Shown: in pieces, positions 47,260-57,380 of the stretch | Numbering within the stretch: the stretch's first letter is position 1 | Layout of the letters: every line of letters begins with the position of its first letter | DNA from: an uncultured Methanosarcinales archaeon | GTDB lineage: Archaea; Nanobdellota; Nanobdellia; Woesearchaeales; CAYSVS01 | Reading direction: 5' to 3' | DNA: 64,000 bases | Assembly: GCA_964589485.1 (NCBI GenBank) | Contig: CAZPRK010000003.1 | Location: 1-64,000, forward strand | Notes under the pieces: model-generated | Seen by the model: only the letters and a program-made list of their open reading frames with translations | Told to the model about the DNA's origin: nothing | Database searches by the model: none | Translations under genes and position numbers: made by a program

Positions 47260-49755
47260 TCAAATCTCCAACAATGTTTTTTGAACTAAATTAACTTCTT
47301 CAGGTTTTACTTTACTTTCCTTCAAAGTAACTTTTCTTTTGAAATCTTTATGAATCCTTTCTGCGATTTCGTCTTCAATTTCTAATTTATTCATAATTTG
47401 ACGGCTTCTTTCAATTACAGACTTAGGCATCCCTCCAAGTTTAGCTACTTGTATTCCATAGCTTTTATCAGTTCCACCTTCAATTAATTTATGTAAAAAA
47501 ATAATATCGTCTTTTTCTTCCTTTACGCCTACATTAAAGTTAACAATTTGATTATACTTTTCAGCTAATTTATTCATTTGATGATAATGTGTCGCAAACA
47601 TAGTTTTTGCATTAATCCCTTCAGCAATATGTTCAGCTGTTGCCCAAGCTATACTTATTCCATCAAATGTAGAAGTTCCTCTTCCAATTTCATCTAAAAT
47701 AATTAAAGATTTATCAGTTGCATTGTTTAAAATGTTTGCAGTTTCGTTCATTTCAACCATAAAAGTACTTTGACCCATTGTTAAATCATCATGAGCTCCA
47801 ACCCTAGTAAATATTTTATCAGCAATACCTAATATGGCAGAAGAAGCAGGAACAAAACATCCAATTTGAGCTATCAACTGAATTAATGCAACTTGTCTCA
47901 TGACTGTTGATTTTCCGGACATATTAGGACCTGTAATTATCATTACTCTTTTTTTTTCATCTAATAAAATATCATTTGGAACATACATTTCTTCTAATTG
48001 TTCAACTACCGGATGCCTTCCATCTTTAATTATTAAAACATTTTCAGATGATAAAGTTGGTTTACAGTACTCATTGTTTACAGAAACATTTGCAAAACTT
48101 AATAATACATCTAACTGTGCTATTTCTTTAGATAAATTTTGTAAAGATTTAGTTTCTAACTTAATTTTTTCAACAATTTCTAAAAATAATTGTACCTCTA
48201 ATTCGTTTATTTTTTCTTGTGCATTTAGAATTAAACTTTCCTGTTCCTTTAACTCAGGAGTAATATAACGTTCACCATTAACTAAAGTTTGTTTTCTAAT
48301 ATAATACTCTGGAACTAAATTTTTATTTGTATTACTTACTTCAATATAATAACCAAAAACTCTATTATACCCTATCTTTAAAGAATTAATATTAGTTTTT
48401 TTTCTTTCCTCTTCCTGAAGTTTTACAATCCAATCTTTTCCTCCATGTGCAATGCCATGTAATTTATCTAATTCTTCATTATAACCTTTTTTTATAATGT
48501 TTCCATCTCTTAAAGTAAATGCAGGTTCATCTTTTATAGCATCAGTTATTAATTTGTTTATGTCGCTAAATTCATTCATTTTTTTATTAATTAAAAAAGA
48601 AGTTAATTCAGATAACTGAGAATTTATTTTAGGTAATACTTCCAATGATTTTTTTATGCTAATTAAATCTCTAGCATTTGCATTTCCATAATTAACTCTA
48701 CTTATAAGTCTTTCAATATCTTGAATATCACGTAATAAATCTCTTAAATCTTGCCTTTGAAAACTTTTTTTAATTAACTCTTCAACTGCATCAACTCTAC
48801 TGCTTATTTTTTTTATATTAATTAATGGCCTAAGTATCCATGACTTAATCAACCTTGAACCCATTGAAGTAATAGTTGTATCCAATACTGAAAATAATGT
48901 TCCTTTTTTTGCTTTTCCACTTATTGTACTAAGTAACTCTAAGTTACGTTGAGTTGTAGCATCTAAAACCATGTAATCTTCTACATAATAAGTTTTCAAA
49001 GAGTTAATGTAATCTAAAGATTTCATTTGAGTTTCTTTCAAATAACTTAACAATGCTCCAGCTGAGTTAATTGCTAAACTATTTATTTTAATTCCAAAAC
49101 CTTCTAAACTAACTACATCAAAATGTTCTAATAATGATTTGTTTGCGTTAGTTAACTTGAAAAATCTATCATCATAAGCATTAACAAAAGTATTAATTTT
49201 AGAAATTAACTCCGTATTAACTTTTAAGGAAACTGGAACAATACATTCACTTGGTTTAAATCTTTGGATTTCAGTTAATAATTTTTGCTCAGAATCAACT
49301 TCACAAGTAACAAAATCTCCTGTTGAAATATCTACAAACGATATTCCATACTTATCCAAATATGTATAAACTGATGCAATATAATTATTTGACTTTTCAT
49401 CTAACATTACATTGTCAATTAATGTTCCTGGAGTTACAACCCTAACAACTTCTCTTTTAACAACACCTACTGCCTTTTTTGGGTCTTCAACTTGTTCACA
49501 AATTGCAACTTTATACCCTTTCTTAACTAATTTTGCAAGATATGGTTCAATGCTATGATAAGGAATTCCTGCCAAAGGTGCTCTTGTTTCACCCTTTCCC
49601 CTTGCTGTCAAAGTTATATCTAATTCTTTCGAAGCATTTTTTGCGTCATCGTAGAACATTTCATAAAAATCTCCCATTCTAAACATAATCAAACAATCAG
49701 GATATTGTTTTTTAGCATCAGCAAATTGTTGCATTGCAGGAGTTAACTTTGTCAT
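47260..49755 (-). CDS. mutS: DNA mismatch repair protein MutS
   Basis: GDFYEMF, TGPNMSGKST, STFMVEM, DEIGRGTST, ATHYH, SYGIQVA. Confidence 0.97.
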   Translation of the reverse strand: MTKLTPAMQQFADAKKQYPDCLIMFRMGDFYEMFYDDAKNASKELDITLTARGKGETRAPLAGIPYHSIEPYLAKLVKKGYKVAICEQVEDPKKAVGVVKREVVRVVTPGTLIDNVMLDEKSNNYIASVYTYLDKYGISFVDISTGDFVTCEVDSEQKLLTEIQRFKPSECIVPVSLKVNTELISKINTFVNAYDDRFFKLTNANKSLLEHFDVVSLEGFGIKINSLAINSAGALLSYLKETQMKSLDYINSLKTYYVEDYMVLDATTQRNLELLSTISGKAKKGTLFSVLDTTITSMGSRLIKSWILRPLINIKKISSRVDAVEELIKKSFQRQDLRDLLRDIQDIERLISRVNYGNANARDLISIKKSLEVLPKINSQLSELTSFLINKKMNEFSDINKLITDAIKDEPAFTLRDGNIIKKGYNEELDKLHGIAHGGKDWIVKLQEEERKKTNINSLKIGYNRVFGYYIEVSNTNKNLVPEYYIRKQTLVNGERYITPELKEQESLILNAQEKINELEVQLFLEIVEKIKLETKSLQNLSKEIAQLDVLLSFANVSVNNEYCKPTLSSENVLIIKDGRHPVVEQLEEMYVPNDILLDEKKRVMIITGPNMSGKSTVMRQVALIQLIAQIGCFVPASSAILGIADKIFTRVGAHDDLTMGQSTFMVEMNETANILNNATDKSLIILDEIGRGTSTFDGISIAWATAEHIAEGINAKTMFATHYHQMNKLAEKYNQIVNFNVGVKEEKDDIIFLHKLIEGGTDKSYGIQVAKLGGMPKSVIERSRQIMNKLEIEDEIAERIHKDFKRKVTLKESKVKPEEVNLVQKTLLEI

Positions 49756-49832
49756 AGAAAAATGAAGTAAATAATTGATATAAATAGATTATGTATCTCT
49801 AATAGTAAAGTTTATATTTAACTTATCAAAAT

Positions 49833-50096
49833 ATGGTGAAAATGGCATTGGAAACATTATTATTAATAGGAATATTAAAATTAGTTGATCAAAATCACCA
49901 TACTAGACCTGAACCTAAACAAAAATTTCAATTAGAATTAAATGTAAGAGAAGCACCTGCTTCTAAACCATTATTTTCTCAAAGAATAGATTGGGAGAGA
50001 AGCGTAAGAAGTTACAATCCTTACGATAGTCCTCAATTACAAATTCAACTTAACTTAGAGTCAAAGTATAGCCACCAAAACACTTATAAAGAATGA
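49833..50096 (+). CDS. hypothetical protein
   Basis: 87-aa ORF (start may be 49842, after GGTGA). Confidence 0.5.
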   Translation: MVKMALETLLLIGILKLVDQNHHTRPEPKQKFQLELNVREAPASKPLFSQRIDWERSVRSYNPYDSPQLQIQLNLESKYSHQNTYKE

Positions 50097-50116
50097 TTCT
50101 ATAATAGTATACATAA

Positions 50117-50205
50117 GGGCCTATGGTCTAGCCCGGCTATGACATTTCCTTGACTTGGAAAGGATCCCCAGTTCAAAATATAATATGGAAGTCTGGGTAG
50201 GCCCA
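50117..50205 (+). tRNA. tRNA-Val(GAC) with 14-nt non-canonical intron in the T-loop
   Basis: Acceptor GGGCCTA/TAGGCCC+A; anticodon stem TTTCC/GGAAA with GAC at 50152-50154; T stem CCCAG/CTGGG; removing 50178-50191 restores the loop TTCAAAT. Confidence 0.88.
50178..50191 (+). other. tRNA intron at position 59/60 (bulge-helix-bulge)
   Basis: Central helix TTCA/TGGA with 3-nt bulges AAA and AGT; cutting after the second bulge nucleotide excises ATATAATATGGAAG. Confidence 0.82.
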
Positions 50206-50214
50206 TACTAAAAA

Positions 50215-50670
50215 ATGGAAAATCCACAATATATATTAAAACCGAAAAAATCTAGGTTAATTATTCCTGAATTTTTGAAATTACTTTGTTTAGGTAGCGT
50301 ATTTTATTTTGCTCTCCTTTTAAACTTATTTTTATTAGAATATAGCATTAATAATACTACACATATAATTATACTAACAGTTTTATCTATTTTAATTTTT
50401 ACTGAAATTAGTTTAAAACTTAGCAAGCTACCCACATATTATTTTTTTAAAAATAAAATTAAAACAGATAATGAAGAATTTAATTTAAATCAAGCTAAAG
50501 TAAGTATTAAAAAAAGTTTTTTTGATAATTTATTTGGAACTGAAACAATTCAATTATCTGATTCTTTTAAACTAATAAATATTACAGAAGATAATAAATT
50601 TTATGAATATTTACAAAATTTAATAAAATATGCAAAAGGTGGATACTATGGACATCAAAGAACACTCTAA
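50215..50670 (+). CDS. hypothetical membrane protein (2 TM plus possible PH-like domain)
   Basis: Two hydrophobic helices; KKSFFDNLFGTETI resembles bacterial PH domain tails. Confidence 0.65.
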   Translation: MENPQYILKPKKSRLIIPEFLKLLCLGSVFYFALLLNLFLLEYSINNTTHIIILTVLSILIFTEISLKLSKLPTYYFFKNKIKTDNEEFNLNQAKVSIKKSFFDNLFGTETIQLSDSFKLINITEDNKFYEYLQNLIKYAKGGYYGHQRTL

Positions 50671-51682
50671 ATATGTAATTTTAGTATTATTTATCGCAAC
50701 TATAGCTTTATCTTTATACATTGTTAAAGACTTTATATTACCAGCATTTGTTGGAATTTTTATCGCATATGTATTCTTTCCTGTATATAAAAGATTAGAA
50801 AAGTTTTTCAAAAATAAAAAAGTAGGTGCTTTATTAACATCTATATCATTAATATTGTTAATAATAATTCCAATGTTTTTTTTATTAAATTCAATAGTAC
50901 AAGAGGCAAGTGCATCATACATTATTGCAAAACAACAAATATCAATTGAAAAAATTAATAATTGTAATCAAGAATCTACAATAGTTTGTAAAACAGTTAA
51001 TTTCTTTTTAACCGATTCTACATCAAAACAAAAAACATTACTTTACCTAGATCAAGGATTAAAAAGTAGTGTTAATTATTTAATTAATGGAGTTACAAAC
51101 TTTGCATTAAGTGTTCCAAAAAGAATTTTAGATTTATTCATTACTATTTTTGTAATGTTTTATATTTTCCTAGATGGAGGACAATTAGTTAAAAATCTTC
51201 AAAGGTTATTACCAATAAGTATTAAACATAAAAATAAAGTAATTAGAAAATTAGAAGAAGTAACATATGCTTTAATATATGGAACAATTTTAGTAGGATT
51301 ATTAGAGGGTGTAATTTTAAGTATTGGTTTTTGGTTATCTAATATAGCTTCTCCAATGATGTGGGGTTTATTAACTTCATTTCTTGCCTTAATTCCATTA
51401 ATGGGCCCAACCATATTATGGGTTCCAGCTGTAATTATTCAAATATATAATGGCCATATACCTTCAGCAATAGGAATATTAATTACAGGAATAGTTGTAT
51501 CTTCAATAGATACCATCTTAAGGCCAAAAATAGTTGGTAATAAAGCCAATGTACATCCTATTTTAGTTTTATTAGGAGTTCTTGGAGGAATTAAAGTATT
51601 TGGATTAATTGGTGTAATTGTTGGACCATTAGTTTTAGCCTTCATTACAACTTTTGCACAAATTTATGAAGAGAATTCATGA
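50648..51682 (+). CDS. AI-2E family transporter
   Basis: AYVFFP, LIPLMGP..LWVP, D.ILRP, HP.LVLLGVLGG...FGLIG..VGP. Confidence 0.92.
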   Translation: MDIKEHSKYVILVLFIATIALSLYIVKDFILPAFVGIFIAYVFFPVYKRLEKFFKNKKVGALLTSISLILLIIIPMFFLLNSIVQEASASYIIAKQQISIEKINNCNQESTIVCKTVNFFLTDSTSKQKTLLYLDQGLKSSVNYLINGVTNFALSVPKRILDLFITIFVMFYIFLDGGQLVKNLQRLLPISIKHKNKVIRKLEEVTYALIYGTILVGLLEGVILSIGFWLSNIASPMMWGLLTSFLALIPLMGPTILWVPAVIIQIYNGHIPSAIGILITGIVVSSIDTILRPKIVGNKANVHPILVLLGVLGGIKVFGLIGVIVGPLVLAFITTFAQIYEENS

Positions 51683-51916
51683 TTACTTTGCAACTATCAT
51701 TGTACTTGTTAATTTTATTCCAGGTATTTGTCTTATTTTATCCATAACAACTAATTCCAATTCACCAGGATTTTCTACTTCAACCTTAGCAATAATATCC
51801 CATTCTCCAAATAATAAATTTATTTCTACTACTTCTTTCATTGTAGCAATATCTTCATAACCATCTCTTTCTGTTCCTGGATTAAAACTAGCTAATAAAA
51901 ATGCATACATTGACAT
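51683..51916 (-). CDS. stand-alone Lrp/AsnC ligand-binding domain protein
   Basis: LFGEWDIIAKVE...KIRQIPGI..TSTMI. Confidence 0.88.
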   Translation of the reverse strand: MSMYAFLLASFNPGTERDGYEDIATMKEVVEINLLFGEWDIIAKVEVENPGELELVVMDKIRQIPGIKLTSTMIVAK

Positions 51917-51968
51917 CACCTTAAATATATAAATAATAAAAATATATAAAGTTTTGCTATATGCTATA

Positions 51969-52682
51969 TCACAACTTTCTTACAAAACTTAGAAAACCAC
52001 TATGTCCTAATTCTTGAAAAGTCTTAGGCCTTACTTTTCTTCCAGTAACTTCCCATTCTCTTTGAACTAATTCAATGGTTTTTACATGAAACAAATCTTC
52101 TGACAAAGAATTTACAAAATCCATTACTTGGGGGATAGTAGGACTATAATTTACTATATAACCACCAGCTTTAATTTTATCCATATGTTTTATGACATCC
52201 CATGGAGAAGGAACATCTAACAATAATAAATCTACATTTTTTATAGAAATTCCATCATAAATATTATGGTTCTTAAAAATTACATTTTTTAATCCTAAAG
52301 TTTCAACGTTTTGTTGTGCAATTTTCAAATGATCTTCACGAATGTCATAACTATATACTTTTTTAGCATGTAAAGCTAATTGAATTGTAGCATGTCCACT
52401 TCCACTCCCTGATTCAATAACTACACTTTTATTATTTATTCCACATTCAGTTAATATTAAACCAATATCTTTTTTGGGTATTATTTGAGGTGCTCTTTTA
52501 ATTTTATTTAGCTTATCTCCAACAGTAGCATCAAATACATGTAATTTAATCCCTTTATTTGTTTCAACAATTGAGTTATTCAAATCTTTTGCAGGAATAA
52601 ACCCAAATTCACAATGATAATCTTTACTTGGATCTTTAACATATAATAACTTTTTCTTAGATATATTGATTAAAACTTTCAT
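51969..52682 (-). CDS. trmI: tRNA (adenine-N1)-methyltransferase (A57/A58)
   Basis: KRAPQIIPKKD, ESGSGSG, LDVPSPW, YSPTIPQV, RP...GHSGFL. Confidence 0.9.
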   Translation of the reverse strand: MKVLINISKKKLLYVKDPSKDYHCEFGFIPAKDLNNSIVETNKGIKLHVFDATVGDKLNKIKRAPQIIPKKDIGLILTECGINNKSVVIESGSGSGHATIQLALHAKKVYSYDIREDHLKIAQQNVETLGLKNVIFKNHNIYDGISIKNVDLLLLDVPSPWDVIKHMDKIKAGGYIVNYSPTIPQVMDFVNSLSEDLFHVKTIELVQREWEVTGRKVRPKTFQELGHSGFLSFVRKL

Positions 52683-52764
52683 ACAAGGCCTAAATTACCT
52701 TTTCTTTTTATATTTTGCCTATTAGATGGAAAATAATAAATAGTAGCTTGTATACTTCTGAATA

Positions 52765-54021
52765 ATGGAAACTCAATTATTTACTCTGAAAAAGAACAAA
52801 AGAGAAATTCATATATACCCTAAACAAAACGTAGATACATCTTTTCTTAAAAAAAAAATAATTGAATTATTTAATCAAAAATTATACGATATTAAAGTAC
52901 ACAATGTTCCATTTTGTTTTCTACCTGAAAAAATAGATAACATTATTCAATATTCAGGAGAACATAAAGAAGCATGCAACCAATGTACACTAAAGCCAAA
53001 ATGCAAAGGTGTTAGTGATGAATATAAAGATATATTTGAACCAAGACCTATAGGAAGTTCACCAACTGAACTTGCAATAGAAGTTAATAGGATTTGTGCA
53101 TTTAAATGTGATTTTTGTTTTTATAATGATGCAAATGCACCTGAAAAAAAAGTTTTAGAAAAAGATAAAATTTTTGAATTAATAGATGAAATGGTATTAA
53201 AAAATATTCCAGTGTTAAGATTATTTGGAGGAGATCCAATACTTCATAAAAATATTCTAGAAATTTTATCATATGCAAGAATAAAAAATAGATATGTTAT
53301 AATTAACACTAACGGGATATTTAAAAATGAAGATATGGTCAAAAAAGTTATGTATTTTGCAGATTTAATTATTATTTCATTGCAAGGTTTTAATGAAAAC
53401 AGTGAAAAAGTTTTAACAGGAAGAGGAGATTTGTTTAAACCAATTGTAAAGTCACTTTATAATTTGGCAAAAATTAACCCTAAAAAAGTTTTAATCTCTA
53501 CAATAATAAGTAGATATTTATTAGATAATTTTGATCAATTTCAAAAAATAATAGAAGCGACAGGAGTTGCTCAATGGGGATTAAATAGACCTTTATTTGG
53601 TAAAGATACAAAATACCCTTGGTTAAAAATTAATAAAGAAGAAATTATAGAACTTGCTGAAAAAGTCAAAGAATCAAATAATAAAAATAATTTTTCTACT
53701 CACATTAACAATTATCCGCATTGTTTCTTCCCAGAAGAGTTAAGAGATACAATTAAATTTAACGATAGTTGTAATGGAGTAAACCGAATGTTTTTTGATA
53801 TAGATGGTTTTTATAAGCCTACGCCTGGAATTGAAATTAATTTAGGAGATAATATTTCTGAATCTTGGGAAAAAAATCCGTTTAAAGAAATAGGAAAAAG
53901 AGATTTTGTTGATAAGAAATGTAAAGAATGTGAAATGTTTATGAGTTGTTATGGTGGTAGTAGAACTCAAGCAAAAAACTTTAATGAAAGTTATTTTGCC
54001 AAAGATCCATACATGATTTAA
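52765..54021 (+). CDS. radical SAM/SPASM domain protein
   Basis: CAFKCDFC, GGDP, NTNG; C-terminal CKECEMFMSCYGG.R...DP. Confidence 0.88.
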   Translation: METQLFTLKKNKREIHIYPKQNVDTSFLKKKIIELFNQKLYDIKVHNVPFCFLPEKIDNIIQYSGEHKEACNQCTLKPKCKGVSDEYKDIFEPRPIGSSPTELAIEVNRICAFKCDFCFYNDANAPEKKVLEKDKIFELIDEMVLKNIPVLRLFGGDPILHKNILEILSYARIKNRYVIINTNGIFKNEDMVKKVMYFADLIIISLQGFNENSEKVLTGRGDLFKPIVKSLYNLAKINPKKVLISTIISRYLLDNFDQFQKIIEATGVAQWGLNRPLFGKDTKYPWLKINKEEIIELAEKVKESNNKNNFSTHINNYPHCFFPEELRDTIKFNDSCNGVNRMFFDIDGFYKPTPGIEINLGDNISESWEKNPFKEIGKRDFVDKKCKECEMFMSCYGGSRTQAKNFNESYFAKDPYMI

Positions 54022-54022
54022 A

Positions 54023-54766
54023 CTATTTTTTTCCTTGAAAAGATCTTAAAATTTCTAAAGGTACTGTAAATACTACAGTATTACTTTTATCGGAACTAAT
54101 ATTGTTTAAACTTTGTAAAGTTCTTAAATGTAAAGCTCCCTCAGCTTTAGCTAAAGTTTGTGCAGCCTTTCCCATATTTTCTGCCGCAATTACTTCTCCT
54201 TCAGCTTTAATAATAACAGCTCTTTTTTCTCTTTCTGCTTCAGCTTCTTTCCCTATAATTCTTTTCATATCTCCAGGAAGTTCAACATGTTTTAGTTCAA
54301 CAGTATTAACTTTAATACCCCATGGGTCAGTTGCAGAATCAACAATTCCTTTAATTCTAGTACTTATCTCGTCTCTTTTACTTAACAAGTCATCTAAACT
54401 AACTTCTCCAACAACATCTCTCATTGTAGTTTGAGCTAATTGAGAAACTGCATAATTAAAATGTTCTACTTCTAAAATTGCCTTCTCGGGATCACTTACT
54501 TTATAATACAAAACTGCATTTACGGAAATTGAAACATTATCTTTAGTTATTGCATCTTGATCAGGAACATCTACAGCCTTTACTCTCATATCAACTCTGT
54601 TCCAACTTTGTATTACAGGAATAACAATATTTAACCCTGGCTTCATTATACCGACATACTTTCCTAGTGTAAATTTTACTCCTCTTTCATATTCATTAAC
54701 TACTTTTAACCCTGATAAAATAAATACTACAACTGCCCAAAAAATCCATCCAAAACCAAAAAACAT
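54023..54766 (-). CDS. SPFH/stomatin (slipin) family protein
   Basis: EYERGVKF.LG, TKDNV, QLAQTT.R, WGIKV, AEAEREKRA, LRTLQ. Confidence 0.93.
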   Translation of the reverse strand: MFFGFGWIFWAVVVFILSGLKVVNEYERGVKFTLGKYVGIMKPGLNIVIPVIQSWNRVDMRVKAVDVPDQDAITKDNVSISVNAVLYYKVSDPEKAILEVEHFNYAVSQLAQTTMRDVVGEVSLDDLLSKRDEISTRIKGIVDSATDPWGIKVNTVELKHVELPGDMKRIIGKEAEAEREKRAVIIKAEGEVIAAENMGKAAQTLAKAEGALHLRTLQSLNNISSDKSNTVVFTVPLEILRSFQGKK

Positions 54767-54855
54767 TTCACATCACCCATTATTATTAAAATATGAATGA
54801 TATATAAGCTTTTTTATGAGTAAGTTTTAAAAATTTAATAAATAATACAAAAAAT

Positions 54856-55524
54856 ATGACTAACCAAGAGCTAAGTGATATCATTATTGAAACAGCGGAT
54901 AAAGTACAAAAAATAAGATCTATGGGTATAGAAGAAAGAACAAAAGGATATACTAAAGATGACGTTCATAACTTTAAACTTTTTTTAGAAAGGCAACAAG
55001 AAGAGTCATATTTTCAAACCTTTAGAGATAATATTGAAAAAGATGATTTCATTGAAATAATGGCATCTACATTGATATTATACAGCTTCGCATCAGGAAG
55101 AAAAAAAGTTAATTTTTTTAATCCAAAAAATAACTATATTTCTGAAGAATTATTAATATCAAACCAAAAAGAAATTGATTTTATTAAACCTAAATATGCA
55201 AATAATGATGCAGTTCTAAGTTATATAGAAAATAAAATAAGAACAATTAAAGGAAAATATAAAATAAAAAAAACTGAAGAAGAAGAAATAGAAAAAACTA
55301 AAGAGGAAATTGAAAATAAAAAAATTCCTACTTATGGTAATTTATTAACTAGAGTTTTACACGATTCAGAAGTAGAAGAAAAATTAGGAATATGTACATA
55401 TGCAAAAATACCAAGATCAGAAAGAAAAAAAGTAATTAAAAGAAAAACAAGAAGTTCTGGACCTGCTGAAATAAGAGGTTCTATTAAACCAGAAATATAT
55501 CAAGATATTATCAAGAAAATTTAA
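54856..55524 (+). CDS. hypothetical protein
   Basis: 222-aa ORF, no motif recognised. Confidence 0.65.
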   Translation: MTNQELSDIIIETADKVQKIRSMGIEERTKGYTKDDVHNFKLFLERQQEESYFQTFRDNIEKDDFIEIMASTLILYSFASGRKKVNFFNPKNNYISEELLISNQKEIDFIKPKYANNDAVLSYIENKIRTIKGKYKIKKTEEEEIEKTKEEIENKKIPTYGNLLTRVLHDSEVEEKLGICTYAKIPRSERKKVIKRKTRSSGPAEIRGSIKPEIYQDIIKKI

Positions 55525-56011
55525 CAAATTCACCATTTATATTCTTTTGAAATAATCTTTGGGAGTCATCTTTTTCAACAATATGAGCAACTTTTGCTAT
55601 AATTAAGAAATGATCTCCAGTTTCAATTTCATCTACAACTTCACATTCAAAATATCCAACAGCATTGATTAACCTTCCACAAGTAATAGTATCACATTCT
55701 TCTAAAGCCAAATCAGCTTTTGAAAATTTATCAATATGTTGACTATTATGTTTTTCAATTTCAATAACTTCACCTTCCAATTTATGAGAAACAAAATTAA
55801 TACAAAAAAATTTACTTTGTTGAATTAACTGTAAACTAAGTCTATCTTTATGTATTGCAATAGCATACATTTTAGGTTCCCTAGATAAAGGCATATGCCA
55901 ATCACATGCAAATACATCATCTTTTTCTTCTTTTCTTTTAGAAAAAGGGTCTTCTATATCATGCCTTGTAGTAATTAAAACAACTTGCCTTGGATATACT
56001 AAATCTAACAT
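55511..56011 (-). CDS. flavin reductase family protein
   Basis: YPRQVVLIT, FCINF, DKF, FECEV, GDHFLII. Confidence 0.85.
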   Translation of the reverse strand: MLDLVYPRQVVLITTRHDIEDPFSKRKEEKDDVFACDWHMPLSREPKMYAIAIHKDRLSLQLIQQSKFFCINFVSHKLEGEVIEIEKHNSQHIDKFSKADLALEECDTITCGRLINAVGYFECEVVDEIETGDHFLIIAKVAHIVEKDDSQRLFQKNINGEFVKFS

Positions 56012-56012
56012 T

Positions 56013-56717
56013 TTAGAAAGCCTTATGTTTTGAAATTTTAAAACAAACTAATAAATAAAATATAAAGTAAAGCAAATATTGAACGTAATATAAATTATAC
56101 ATAAATAGTAAATTAATTGAGTCTACAATTATTAATAGAGGAATACTATAAATTCCAGCAACAAATAAATGTTTATATGAACAATAATATTTTGAAAAAT
56201 GAGTTATTCCTTTGGCGAGTAAACTTAAAATAAGAATAACAACTAAATATTTTGCTAAATAATAAAAATAAGAAAATATAATCAACCCTGGTAAAAGCAT
56301 TAGAAAAATCAAAAATAAAAATTCACTTAATTCTTGAGTGTTTGAAAAACTAACAAAATAATTATTTAATCTAATTCTATTAGTATTAATGTGAACTGTT
56401 GAAGAATTTGCATATTGATTGGATGTTTCAAACACAAAAAAAGGATTTACTGACGGCATGGAAACAGGACCATTCATGTTAAAATCGACATTATTAAATT
56501 GACTTAATTGGTGTTCAATTGACCCAGTTAAAGTCATTAATTTGGGAATAGATAACGCCATAACAATAAAAAGAATAACTGCTAAACTGGATACAAAAAA
56601 CTTAAATGATGTTATCAAATGTCTTTTACTTAATTCAGAATATTGACTCGGAACAAAAACTCTAGCTAAAGTTTTAAAAAAAATTCTTAATTCTCCACCT
56701 ATATCCTCTTGCATCAT
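56013..56717 (-). CDS. hypothetical membrane protein (DUF1189-like)
   Basis: N-terminal TM, soluble loop, then 3-4 C-terminal TM; YS.P motif. Confidence 0.65.
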   Translation of the reverse strand: MMQEDIGGELRIFFKTLARVFVPSQYSELSKRHLITSFKFFVSSLAVILFIVMALSIPKLMTLTGSIEHQLSQFNNVDFNMNGPVSMPSVNPFFVFETSNQYANSSTVHINTNRIRLNNYFVSFSNTQELSEFLFLIFLMLLPGLIIFSYFYYLAKYLVVILILSLLAKGITHFSKYYCSYKHLFVAGIYSIPLLIIVDSINLLFMYNLYYVQYLLYFIFYLLVCFKISKHKAF

Positions 56718-56742
56718 AAATAATATAGGGAACCAATGATAT

Positions 56743-57234
56743 TTAAATATTTTGAATTAAGAATATTAATTCTGTATTAGTATTAAGTAATTCATAATTT
56801 GTAAATAATTTATTTAAATTTAAAATTATTTCATCTTTTTTATTTGACTTATTTAAACAGGACAAAATTATTGTATTTTTACTCACTCTTTTTATTTCAG
56901 TTAATCCTTTTCTAATGTCATCAAAATTTTGAACAGCAGTTAAAGAAATTACGTAATCGAATGTTAAATCGGGAAAAGGAATAGATTCAGCTGAAGCTAA
57001 AATAATTTTTGCATCTTGATTCTTTTTTTTAAGAATGTTTAATAATTCATGACTAGGATCTAAAGAATATACATCACAATCAAAATCAGAACTTATTCCA
57101 GTGCCACAACCAACATCTAATAATTTGTCAGTTTTATTTGGCTTAATTAAATTTTTTATAACTTGAAGTTTATTACGTTGTTCTTCACCATGTAATTCAT
57201 CATAGCTCTTTGCTATTTTATTATAATACGACAT
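56743..57234 (-). CDS. class I SAM-dependent methyltransferase
   Basis: LLDVGCGTG, AESIPF, FDYVIS, EIKRV. Confidence 0.9.
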   Translation of the reverse strand: MSYYNKIAKSYDELHGEEQRNKLQVIKNLIKPNKTDKLLDVGCGTGISSDFDCDVYSLDPSHELLNILKKKNQDAKIILASAESIPFPDLTFDYVISLTAVQNFDDIRKGLTEIKRVSKNTIILSCLNKSNKKDEIILNLNKLFTNYELLNTNTELIFLIQNI

Positions 57235-57245
57235 AAACTCGATAA

Positions 57246-57380
57246 TTAACGATTACTTAAATTATTTACTTCCCAATTCAACATTTTTATTCTTTGAACT
57301 TCCTTTATGTGTTTTACTTGTTCTACACTAATTTTTTGACTTAAAAGCCTTGTTTTTTCCATATCTTGCATAAAATTCAT
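57246..57380 (-). CDS. small hypothetical protein (44 aa)
   Basis: Translated by hand: MNFMQDMEKTRLLSQKISVEQVKHIKEVQRIKMLNWEVNNLSNR*; ATGA overlap with the AbrB-like ORF and GGGGTGA SD. Confidence 0.5.
   Translation of the reverse strand: MNFMQDMEKTRLLSQKISVEQVKHIKEVQRIKMLNWEVNNLSNR

Noticed and set aside
50117..50205. tRNA-Val as a pseudogene or integration scar
   Set aside because: All stems pair, and the insert forms a BHB whose removal gives a canonical T-loop; no duplicated tRNA 3' end seen in the window
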